This document shows, piece by piece, positions 1 to 7,941 of a stretch of 32,000 nt of DNA. This stretch comes from Haloquadratum walsbyi C23. Its GTDB lineage: Archaea > Halobacteriota > Halobacteria > Halobacteriales > Haloferacaceae. The stretch lies in the NCBI RefSeq assembly GCF_000237865.1, contig NC_017459.1, positions 180,001 to 212,000 on the forward strand, given 5' to 3'. Made by a program: the position numbers and the translations under genes. Every line of letters starts with the position of its first letter. Positions within the stretch are counted from its first letter, which is position 1. Under the pieces are notes generated by a model. It was not told where the DNA came from, ran no database searches, and saw only the letters and a program-made list of their open reading frames with translations.

Positions 1-570
1 AGCCGCAAGCACACCACAGAGCCCAACAGCCCCATCGCCGACGACGACACACGTCGACCCGGCGCTAACACCTGCGCTCACCGCTGCATGATGACCTGTC
101 CCCATGACATCTGTCAGCGGGAGTATGGACCGAAGTGCGCTATCGTCATTGGCATAAGCATCTGGAACACGAACAAGCGTTCCATCTGCATGTCGGCAGC
201 GAATCACCTCACCTTGTGCACCACCATTGTCATCGCCCCAACCATCACCATTCACACATGATGTATGCAATCCACGACGACAAAATTCACACATACCACA
301 ACTTATCTTAAATGGTGCGAAAACACGATCCCCGACATCAACAGACTGCACATCATCGCCGACTTCTTCAACAATACCCATTGGTTCATGACCAACTCGA
401 GAAGGAATGTCGCGGTCTGTCTTTCCTCGATAAAACCACAAATCGGACCCACAGACAGCGGTATGTGTGACCCGGACAACTGCGTCTGTTGACTCTTCTA
501 ACGTCGGTTTAACAACATTCTCAACGCGGATATCACGGGGACCATAGTAAACAGCAGCACGCATACTCAT
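1..570 (-). CDS. Zn-dependent alcohol dehydrogenase family (MDR), N-terminal 190 codons. It resembles the glutathione-independent formaldehyde dehydrogenase subgroup. The 3' end lies outside the window.
   Basis: Absent from the ORF track because it runs off the left edge. The reverse complement of 1-570 is open and reads MSMRAAVYYGPRDIRVENVVKP...VTHTAVCGSDLWFYRGK...VGHEPMGIVEEVGDDV...CGMCEFCRRG...GAQGE...DVMGTGHHAAV...VVVGDGAVGLCGV. It shows catalytic-Zn C/H/E residues, a structural-Zn Cys cluster and the start of a GxGxxG Rossmann fold. The ATG is at 570-568. Confidence 0.85.
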   Translation of the reverse strand, partial: MSMRAAVYYGPRDIRVENVVKPTLEESTDAVVRVTHTAVCGSDLWFYRGKTDRDIPSRVGHEPMGIVEEVGDDVQSVDVGDRVFAPFKISCGMCEFCRRGLHTSCVNGDGWGDDNGGAQGEVIRCRHADGTLVRVPDAYANDDSALRSILPLTDVMGTGHHAAVSAGVSAGSTCVVVGDGAVGLCGVLAA

Positions 571-753
571 ATGTGTAACCTATGTTATCATATCGAAGGT
601 AAAAAATCCCGAGAAATGTGACTACATTCAGATCATCCATATGACAGTTGCACTCATTATCACGTTTTGATTTCAACGAATACAACTAATGAATTGAATA
701 GGTGCCGTATTACCAGTATTTAACCCTTTAGCGTCATATCTTATCGTACATCG

Positions 754-2379
754 ATGAGTCAGGGAACTCGCGAGCCAACGGCTGAACTCGGACTGTTAGA
801 TGCCACGATGATTGGAATGGGGGCGATGATTGGTGCGGGGATTTTCGTCCTCACAGGACTTGCTGCGGAAATCTCTGGTCCCGCAGCATTACTTGTGTTC
901 GTTCTTAATGGAATTGTCACAGCATTTACCGGATTGTCATACGCTGAACTCGCTGCCTCAATCCCAAAAAGTGGTGGCGGATACGCCTTTGTTCGTGAGA
1001 TTTTTGATGATCGTTCATCCTTCTTACTGGGATGGATGCTCTGGTTTGCATATATGATTGCAGGAGCACTTTATGCGCTTGGATTTGCCCCAAATTTCAT
1101 TGAATTACTCCATGTTTATGGATTCACACCGAAACCAGGCGCTGTCAATGCAATTGCCCTTCCGATTATTAGCGTTGATATTCCTGTTCAGTTAGGACTC
1201 GCTTTTATTGCTGTTACATTCCTTGTTGTCGTAAATGCGCTCTCGACAGCTGCCAGTGGGAGTGCAGAGACGTTCTTTACAATCACGAAAGTGCTTATTC
1301 TACTGATTTTCATATTATTTGGATTCCTTTCAGCCGGTGGTGGTGAACCGACAAGTTTCACGCTTCAGAACTTCGATCCACTGTTCCCCGATGATTCATC
1401 TGCATTAAGTATTCTTCCTGCAATGGGACTGACGTTCATTGCGTTTGAGGGATATGATCTCATTACGACTGTCACCGAAGAAGTTGAAAACCCGAGAGAG
1501 AATATTCCAAAAGCTATCTTTTTGAGTCTTGCTGCAACTGTCATTATTTATGCACTTGTCGTTTCTGTCGCTATTGGAACGCTCGGAGCATCCGGGCTGG
1601 CACAGGCTGGTGAAGCGGGTATTGCAGCAGCAGCGACATCATTCATGCCAACAGGTCTTCCAATTATCAAGAACGGTGGTGCAGTCATTGTCTTCGGAGC
1701 CGTTTTCTCAACGCTAACAGCATTGAATGCAGTTGTCATTGCATCCTCACGCGTTGCCTTCGCGATGGGACGCGAAGGGCAGCTGATTGGCTCAATCGGG
1801 AATCTTCATCACCGATTTGGAACACCGTTTGTTGCAATCATCGTTAGTGGTGCTGTCATGCTTTTCTCAGTCGCGCTTCCAACAGCGAGTGCCGGTAATA
1901 TGTCCAGCTTATTTTTCTTATTATCATTCATTATCGTTAATTTCTCAGTGATCAAGCTCAGGCGGGAACGCCCTGACATGACTCGCCCTTACAAAATTCC
2001 GTATTATCCTGCACCTCCAATCATTGGAATTATACTCAATGTACTACTCACTGGAGTGCTAGTCTGGTATCTGACCCAAACTGACCAACTCGCATTACTA
2101 CTTAGTGTGGGATGGATTGCTCTTGGATTACTTGCATACTACGGATTGAACTGGCTTCGATCGCGGTCTAATCCTACTCCAAGTGGTGGTGGCGGTGGTG
2201 GTGGCAGCACACCTGATGGACCAACTTCCGGGTCCGGTCCAGGTCCAGATTCAGACCCAGACCCAACTCCGACATCTGACCCTATTGACGCAGCCATTAC
2301 AGACTCGAACCCATCGCTATCCGGAGATACCGACACTCAAGAGGCCCACACACATACAACTGCTCAGGAGGAAGTCTGA
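754..2379 (+). CDS. APC-superfamily amino acid permease (cationic amino acid transporter-like) with an ~85-aa low-complexity C-terminal tail
   Basis: 541-aa ORF with about 12 hydrophobic segments. The N-terminal motif GMGAMIGAGIFVLTG is typical of amino-acid permeases. The tail reads GGGGGGGSTPDGPTSGSGPGPDSDPDPTPTSDP... Confidence 0.9.
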   Translation: MSQGTREPTAELGLLDATMIGMGAMIGAGIFVLTGLAAEISGPAALLVFVLNGIVTAFTGLSYAELAASIPKSGGGYAFVREIFDDRSSFLLGWMLWFAYMIAGALYALGFAPNFIELLHVYGFTPKPGAVNAIALPIISVDIPVQLGLAFIAVTFLVVVNALSTAASGSAETFFTITKVLILLIFILFGFLSAGGGEPTSFTLQNFDPLFPDDSSALSILPAMGLTFIAFEGYDLITTVTEEVENPRENIPKAIFLSLAATVIIYALVVSVAIGTLGASGLAQAGEAGIAAAATSFMPTGLPIIKNGGAVIVFGAVFSTLTALNAVVIASSRVAFAMGREGQLIGSIGNLHHRFGTPFVAIIVSGAVMLFSVALPTASAGNMSSLFFLLSFIIVNFSVIKLRRERPDMTRPYKIPYYPAPPIIGIILNVLLTGVLVWYLTQTDQLALLLSVGWIALGLLAYYGLNWLRSRSNPTPSGGGGGGGSTPDGPTSGSGPGPDSDPDPTPTSDPIDAAITDSNPSLSGDTDTQEAHTHTTAQEEV

Positions 2380-2381
2380 TT

Positions 2382-3035
2382 ATGTCATCAAATCAGCCGC
2401 GAACTGTCATTGCCGGTGGGGGTCGTGTTGGTCGACGAACAGCAAATATACTCAGTGATCGCGGATATGATATCGTTGTGATTGAGCCTAACTCAGACCG
2501 TGCACAGACAATTGCAGATGATTATGTTGCAACCGTTATTGAAGGCGATGCAACACGACCAGCAATCCTTGAACAAGTCAATCTTGACCGTGTTGATGTC
2601 ATTGCTGCGCTCACTGCAGAAACAGGAACAAATCTTGCAATCTGCCTTGCAGCGACTCGTATGGTACCTGATCTAAAAACAATTCTTCGGACTGATGTTG
2701 AGACCCGCGGCGAGTATGATGACTGGGTTGATGAAGTTGTCTTCCCTGAGAATGCAGCAGCACGTGTTGCTGCTAATACTGTTGAATCAGACGTGCGGGC
2801 TATTGAGGATACAACTGGTAGTTTAGACCTACTTGAGGTGACTGTTGCACCCAGTGCCCCGGTTGCGGAACGAACGCTTGAAGAGGTCGGACTCCCTCGC
2901 GGATGTCTTGTTGTTGCCAGCACTGGCGGAAATCGTATTGCCGGTCCAGAAACAGAATTGATACCAGACGAAACATATACGATAGCTGTTGAACCATCGG
3001 TAAGCGATGAAGTGCTTCAACTCTTCCGCGGGTAA
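2382..3035 (+). CDS. TrkA/RCK-type regulatory protein (TrkA-N NAD-binding domain plus TrkA-C domain)
   Basis: 217 aa. It has the Rossmann motif VIAGGGRVGRRTA followed by DIVVIE. The C-terminal part (LLEVTVAPSAPVAERTLEEVGLPRGCLVVAS...) looks like TrkA-C. The ATG lies 2 nt after the permease stop codon. Confidence 0.85.
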   Translation: MSSNQPRTVIAGGGRVGRRTANILSDRGYDIVVIEPNSDRAQTIADDYVATVIEGDATRPAILEQVNLDRVDVIAALTAETGTNLAICLAATRMVPDLKTILRTDVETRGEYDDWVDEVVFPENAAARVAANTVESDVRAIEDTTGSLDLLEVTVAPSAPVAERTLEEVGLPRGCLVVASTGGNRIAGPETELIPDETYTIAVEPSVSDEVLQLFRG

Positions 3036-3058
3036 ACTGCTGGGTCACATGTGAACTA

Positions 3059-3102
3059 CCCCTGCCTACTCGCTGCCGTTGGCGGCTTCCTCGAGGCAGG
3101 GG
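3059..3102 (+). terminator. Two-tier stem-loop 24 nt downstream of the trkA-like stop codon (candidate terminator, or part of the repeat patchwork)
   Basis: CCCCTGCC (3059-3066) pairs perfectly with GGCAGGGG (3095-3102). An inner stem pairs GCCG (3075-3078) with CGGC (3083-3086). It is followed by the T-containing sequence cttcctatttcc. Confidence 0.3.
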
Positions 3103-3395
3103 CTTCCTATTTCCACGACGCGCTTTGCAGACACTTAGCTGGTGTCTGTAGGGAGCGCAGTATCCACATCTACAGGCGTTGACGAGAGCGAATTTCCCAT
3201 TCGTACATCAGAATCGCTCCGCGATTTGAGGGCGTCTCTTCGGGCTACTTCAACCCTCACTCAGAAAATACCCGTTGGAATAAGAAGTTACGATTGGATG
3301 GGCCTGTGGGCCTGTGGGTCAGAAATAGAACAACGTATGGAAGACGATGGCGGTGCTGTATCCACTCCTTGCTGCGCTCCTTGTCTACAGATTAA

Positions 3396-3879
3396 CAGGC
3401 AGAGTGCCTCGGGGCTTAATGACCGCGACGCGATTTGCAAATTAATTCTCAATTCTGGAGGTAACCGGTCTCTATTCGTTATTCTCAGGGAGCGTGGTAC
3501 GGTGAATTTGTGGTTTATACGTGAGCGGTGAAAATTACCGTATCAAGATTTCTCCCGGCTGGTTTTGGAGCCCGGTAACTCAGAAAAAGAAGATTCTTGT
3601 AGAGTAATAGTGATCCTAAAACGCTGTTAAATCGCTGTGCACTTGGTGCACAGCTGTCTTAGTCTGTTATTTTCTTGCTACGTCTTAGTTTTCAAAGGTT
3701 CTCTAAGCCATTAGACCCCGAGGTACTTCACTTGCGCGGACTACGGTACTTCTTGAGGGAGGGGAGTTAGCGCCTGTATTTAGCTAAATTACTGATCCTC
3801 AGGACGAGAGCACCTCTAGAGTGCCCTGAGATAGTGAATCGTCTCGACGTTATATCTAAGCCCCGAGACACTCAGCCTG
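3396..3879. mobile_element. MITE-like non-coding element (~484 bp) bounded by 23-nt imperfect terminal inverted repeats
   Basis: caggcAgagtgCctcggggctta (3396-3418) matches the reverse complement of 3857-3879 (caggcTgagtgTctcggggctta) at 21 of 23 positions. Weaker inverted similarity continues about 50 nt inward. There is no convincing ORF inside, and there is an internal hairpin ctgtgcac-ttg-gtgcacag (3636-3654). No target-site duplication was identified. Confidence 0.35.
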
Positions 3880-3920
3880 CTCCGCCTATAGAGAAGTACA
3901 GTTCAATATTTGATTCTCAA

Positions 3921-5204
3921 TTAATCACCTGCTGCGGTCACCGGTGCTGTTTGAGCATCTTCAATGGTATTAATCCGCCATCGAAGTGCCCCCACAGTCA
4001 GGAGTCCAGCAATCAAGACAACATTGATAATATACAGTGCAGTCGTGTAATCACCAGTTGACTCAAGAATGACCGATGCAAGCGTTGGTCCAGCGACACC
4101 TGCAAGTCCCCATGCTGTAAGACTATATCCATGGATTGCTCCAACCTCGGTTGTTCCAAAGAGATCACTCAGATATGCTGGTAGGCAAGCAAAGCCGCCA
4201 CCGTAACAGGTAATAATAAGAAATAGTAGTCCTGCAAGAATCCAGACGCCGCTGACCTGTGGCATCAAAAAGAAGGCGACAATTTGAATCGCAAAGAACG
4301 CTCCATACACTGCAGTCCGACCAACATAATCTGAAAGGCTTGACCATGCGATTCGTCCAGCACCATTGAATATCCCAATATACCCAACGATGAATGCAGC
4401 TGTTGTTGCACTGGCGCCACCAATCGACTGTAACATTGGAGATGCAAACGCCAAGAGCATGATCCCAGCAGATACATTGATAAATATAATTAGCCAAACC
4501 ATCCAGAATCGAGGTGTTTTCCGAGCCTCTCGTGCGGTGAGTTCTTCAAGATCGCCCCAAATACCACCTTCATCGTCTTCGGCTGCGAGGTCGTCTTCGG
4601 TCATACCGGATGGCAGCCATCCGTTTGGTGGTTTCTTGAGGTAGCTTGCTCCAAGCGTCATCAACACGAAGTAGGTCGCTCCAAGTCCATAGAACGCAGT
4701 AGATATGCTATATTGCTGAATTAAGAAATTTCCGACAGGACCCGTCAATAAGGCACCGGCACCGAATCCCATAACTGCCATCCCAGTTGCCATACCTCGC
4801 CTATCAGGGAACCACGCAACAAGTGTTGAGATTGGTGAGATATACCCAATCCCAAGCCCCATTCCTCCAATCACGCCAAATGTTGCAAAGAATAATGGGA
4901 GGCTTTGAAGTTGTACGCTCACTCCTGCTCCGACTGTCCCAATCCCATAGAGAATAGCGGCGGTAAGACCAGCAATCCGCGGTCCATATCGCTCAACAAA
5001 TATCCCAAGGAATGCGGCTGTTAGACCAAGGACAAAGATTGAAATAGTAAATGCTAATGTAACATCCGATACAGCCCATCCTAGTGTCTCACTTAATGGG
5101 TTCTGATAGATACTGTACGCATAGATGCCACCAATTGAGACGTGGATCAAAATCGCTGATACTGCAATAAGCCATCTGTTCTTGTCTGTGGTAGTAGTAG
5201 ACAC
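3921..5204 (-). CDS. MFS transporter, oxalate/formate antiporter (OFA) family
   Basis: 427 aa with 12 predicted TM segments. The N-terminus ...NRWLIAVSAILIHVSIGGIYAYSIYQNPL... and a central hydrophilic loop are typical of OFA-family MFS proteins. It has a GTG start at 5204 and is divergent from the fdh genes. Confidence 0.85.
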   Translation of the reverse strand: MSTTTTDKNRWLIAVSAILIHVSIGGIYAYSIYQNPLSETLGWAVSDVTLAFTISIFVLGLTAAFLGIFVERYGPRIAGLTAAILYGIGTVGAGVSVQLQSLPLFFATFGVIGGMGLGIGYISPISTLVAWFPDRRGMATGMAVMGFGAGALLTGPVGNFLIQQYSISTAFYGLGATYFVLMTLGASYLKKPPNGWLPSGMTEDDLAAEDDEGGIWGDLEELTAREARKTPRFWMVWLIIFINVSAGIMLLAFASPMLQSIGGASATTAAFIVGYIGIFNGAGRIAWSSLSDYVGRTAVYGAFFAIQIVAFFLMPQVSGVWILAGLLFLIITCYGGGFACLPAYLSDLFGTTEVGAIHGYSLTAWGLAGVAGPTLASVILESTGDYTTALYIINVVLIAGLLTVGALRWRINTIEDAQTAPVTAAGD

Positions 5205-5377
5205 ATTAAGTCATTAGATAATAATGATATAACTCATTGGCTATGTATAGTGAATTTCCGCAATGATAACTTTAATAATTGTATATGTAAATTATTGACT
5301 ATATTACATAATAACTTAAATGATACACCCAATCATTTATGCTATTCAAATACTTCCTAGTTGTTAGACGATAATTA
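5205..5377. promoter_or_regulatory. Very AT-rich divergent promoter region between the OFA transporter gene and the fdh operon
   Basis: A 173-bp spacer between divergent start codons. It has several TATA-like runs and repeated AATGATA(T)AACT / ATAACT words at 5223-5234, 5262-5271 and about 5311-5316. Confidence 0.4.
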
Positions 5378-6886
5378 ATGACAATACTCACTCCGACCGG
5401 CGGTCTTCAGCTCCGAGTTGCTGGCGTTGATGCTCTGGATAACACCGAGATAGATCTTGACGCCGCAATTGAGTCCCCCGTTGCTACGGTCGGTTCAACA
5501 GGTGCTATAGCAGCCGAACCACTTCTTATGGCGACTACCGACGGAACAACAGCATTCTACCCTGCGTGTTCGTCTACTCGTCTTGAAACCGTTGCACATC
5601 GTATCGATGAGACTGGTGACATTACCGTTGCAGACCCAGCAGCAGTTGTCGATCACGACCCCGAAACGCCTGAGATGCCCACCACTGGTCTCAGCACTTT
5701 CCAAGACGAATCCCGTCGTGTTCTTTCTGGGTCCGGATGGCGACGTCCGGCAAATGTCGACGATTATGATGCTGCTGGTGGATTTTTAAAAGATATTGAC
5801 CCTGATGCCGTCTTTGATGCCGGTGAGAGCATACATGGGCGCGGATGGGGAGATGCCTGTCACGATTCCCCACTTACTGAGACATGGATGGATGCCGACG
5901 ATGCTGAGGGAGAGGCCGCAATCGTTATTAATGCACATAGTAATCCAGGAGATTCCCTTTTGCTCTCTAGTGTGCCATTTACGATTCTTGATGGGGCGGT
6001 GTCGCTAGCACAGACCGTTGATGCAAGTGAAATCGTCATATTCGCATCCATAGCGGATGAATCCACGATTGAGACCGCTCGTACCGCTATCGATCGTTAT
6101 CCGAATGAATCGTCAATCGCAATTGACCTTGTCACCGGTCCAGCCGAGTATCGTGCGGCTGAACCGACGATGGCGCTTGAAGCGATTGAAGGAAATCACC
6201 GACTTGAGGCTCGACTTCGACCGCCAGGTCCCGAATCAGTCGGTCTCTACGGTCGCCCGACTCTGATTCACACTGCGCGAACGCTTGCACATCTTGCTGT
6301 TTCGCTTCGTGAAGACAGCATTGATTCTCACCCATCGACTCGCATAATGAGTATTGAAGGCGATGTTACTGATCGGACAATCATCGAAGTCCCAGAAACA
6401 ACAACGCTTGAAACAGTTTGTGCAGCGGCTGACACTACTGACGGCATCAAAGCCGCCTGTGTCGGGGGTCGTTTCGGTGGTCTTGCAGCTGATCTTGATA
6501 TTTCAGTTGACCCAGAAACGCTCATCGATGCAAATCTTGGGACTGAAGGCATCGTCCATGTCCTCTCTGAGGATCGTTGTGTTGTCGAGTTTGTTGGTGA
6601 GCGAGCCCAATTTGCTGCAGAAGAAAACTGCGGACGATGTGTCCCCTGCCGCGAGGGGACAACACAACTTGCTGAGTTACTGCGGTCGCTGTATGACGGC
6701 ACGTATCAACCTGAAGCTATTGATGAATTGATTCGAGTTATGACTACCACAAGCATCTGCGAGTTCGGTGTCAATGCAGGTCGACCAACGCAGACTGCGC
6801 TCAACGCATTCGAATCCGAATTTGAGGCACACGCGAATGGTCGATGCCCGACTGGCAGTTGTCTTGCAACTATGGAGGCTCAATAA
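5378..6886 (+). CDS. NuoF/FdsB-like iron-sulfur subunit of formate dehydrogenase (degenerate flavin/NADH motifs, intact 4Fe-4S motif)
   Basis: 502 aa. The C-terminal ENCGRCVPCREG...SICEFG matches the NuoF N3-cluster motif. The central region RLRPPGPESVGLYGRPT aligns to NuoF RLKPPFP..GL.GKPT. The stop codon overlaps the next start (TAATG at 6884-6888). Confidence 0.8.
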   Translation: MTILTPTGGLQLRVAGVDALDNTEIDLDAAIESPVATVGSTGAIAAEPLLMATTDGTTAFYPACSSTRLETVAHRIDETGDITVADPAAVVDHDPETPEMPTTGLSTFQDESRRVLSGSGWRRPANVDDYDAAGGFLKDIDPDAVFDAGESIHGRGWGDACHDSPLTETWMDADDAEGEAAIVINAHSNPGDSLLLSSVPFTILDGAVSLAQTVDASEIVIFASIADESTIETARTAIDRYPNESSIAIDLVTGPAEYRAAEPTMALEAIEGNHRLEARLRPPGPESVGLYGRPTLIHTARTLAHLAVSLREDSIDSHPSTRIMSIEGDVTDRTIIEVPETTTLETVCAAADTTDGIKAACVGGRFGGLAADLDISVDPETLIDANLGTEGIVHVLSEDRCVVEFVGERAQFAAEENCGRCVPCREGTTQLAELLRSLYDGTYQPEAIDELIRVMTTTSICEFGVNAGRPTQTALNAFESEFEAHANGRCPTGSCLATMEAQ

Positions 6887-7941
6887 TGAGTTCAGAACGC
6901 GATAATCGAAATCACGCACACACACATTCTAATCACGGTCATGATCATCCTGACGCACCGCCATTAACAGAAGATATTGCTCCTGGAACAGCTACTGACC
7001 CGGACGTTGGCTCGGAAACATCATCAACACTGACCGTTGATGGACGAGTCGTTTCTGTTGCTGCAGGTGCGACAATCCTTGACGCGCTCAATGCAGTTGA
7101 CACTGAGGAATATGTCCCGGCATTATGTAGTTACGAGCGTGAAGACCAAATCGGTCCTCGAAGTGAGTGTCGGACCTGTATGGTTGAAACCGAGACGCAT
7201 GGCATCGTTCCCGCCTGTAGCTTCCCAGCCGAGGATGGACTCACTGTTCAGACAGATGCTGAGGCGGCAGCTGAGGCTCGCGATGTCAATCTTGATTTGG
7301 TCCTCTCAGATCATAATCTGCGATGCACTGCCTGTGGAAAGAACGGTCGCTGTGAACTCCAGGATGCAGCAATTGAACAGGAGGTTGATGAACCTCGGTA
7401 TGGCGTCCTTGAGGATCGTGATGAGTATGAGCCGATTGATGATTCATCACCGTTCATCCAGATTGATCGGAATAAATGCATCCTCTGTAATCGATGTGTT
7501 GAAGCGTGTAATGACGTTCAAGTCGCAGGTGTGCTCCAAATGGAAGGGTCTGGACAGGATACTCGGATTGGATTCCAGAATGACTCTCCAACAATGGAAG
7601 ACTCAACATGTGTCTCCTGTGGACATTGTGCAACAGTCTGTCCAACCGGGTCACTTGTAGAGAAAGGAATTGAGGATGCAACGACAATTCCACTTCCTGG
7701 ATTTAACCAGAAAAATAGCGTTGGAAAGACAATTGAGGGGACTGGTGAGGATAAAGAACCAATGACACAGAAAAAAAGACAGCACTCAACAGATACAAAC
7801 GCGAACGCGAACGCAAACGCACAAACTGATGGTGGGACAGCATCTGTCGAACATTCAAATTCCAATACTGAAGATAAGAACAATACCAATCAGACCGATG
7901 ATTCTGGCTGGAAAGATATTTCGAGTGGTGAGTGGCCATGA
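6886..7941 (+). CDS. Formate dehydrogenase Fe-S module (equivalent to the NuoG/FdsA N-terminus: 2Fe-2S, His-ligated 4Fe-4S, 2x 4Fe-4S ferredoxin) with a low-complexity tail
   Basis: Motifs seen: TLTVDGRVVSV...C..ECRTC...PAC (2Fe-2S); H-x3-C-x2-C-x5-C (SDHNLRCTACGKNGRC); CILCNRCVEAC; and CVSCGHCATVCP. I prefer the ATG at 6886 (TAATG overlap) over the upstream in-frame ATG at 6844. Confidence 0.85.
   Translation: MSSERDNRNHAHTHSNHGHDHPDAPPLTEDIAPGTATDPDVGSETSSTLTVDGRVVSVAAGATILDALNAVDTEEYVPALCSYEREDQIGPRSECRTCMVETETHGIVPACSFPAEDGLTVQTDAEAAAEARDVNLDLVLSDHNLRCTACGKNGRCELQDAAIEQEVDEPRYGVLEDRDEYEPIDDSSPFIQIDRNKCILCNRCVEACNDVQVAGVLQMEGSGQDTRIGFQNDSPTMEDSTCVSCGHCATVCPTGSLVEKGIEDATTIPLPGFNQKNSVGKTIEGTGEDKEPMTQKKRQHSTDTNANANANAQTDGGTASVEHSNSNTEDKNNTNQTDDSGWKDISSGEWP
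7795..7824 (+). repeat. In-frame hexanucleotide microsatellite (ACAAAC GCGAAC GCGAAC GCAAAC GCACAA) encoding TNANANANAQ
   Basis: Read directly from the sequence. It lies inside the low-complexity tail of the Fe-S module gene. Confidence 0.85.

Noticed and set aside
3142-3531. A 129-aa plus-strand ORF inside the long spacer
   Set aside because: It starts at a GTG. Its composition is near-neutral and Arg/Cys/Ser-rich, unlike the strongly acidic proteins of this genome. It also spans repeat segments and one arm of the inverted repeat. It is more likely a chance ORF in repeat DNA.
3050-3900. Possible RNase P RNA or SRP (7S) RNA in the 880-bp spacer
   Set aside because: I looked for the conserved cores: GGAAAGUCC, GGGUGAAA and ACAGAA..CGGCUUA for RNase P, and the GNAR-capped helix 8 GGAAGCAGCC-type motif for SRP. 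I found only loose resemblances (gcctcggggcttaat, gtagggagcgcag). The long-range complement has non-wobble mismatches. This is not supportable without a covariance-model scan.
6844-6885. An upstream in-frame ATG extending the Fe-S module gene
   Set aside because: It would overlap the NuoF-like gene by 43 nt and add an odd MPDWQLSCNYGGSI leader. The ATG at 6886 gives a classic TAATG coupling junction.
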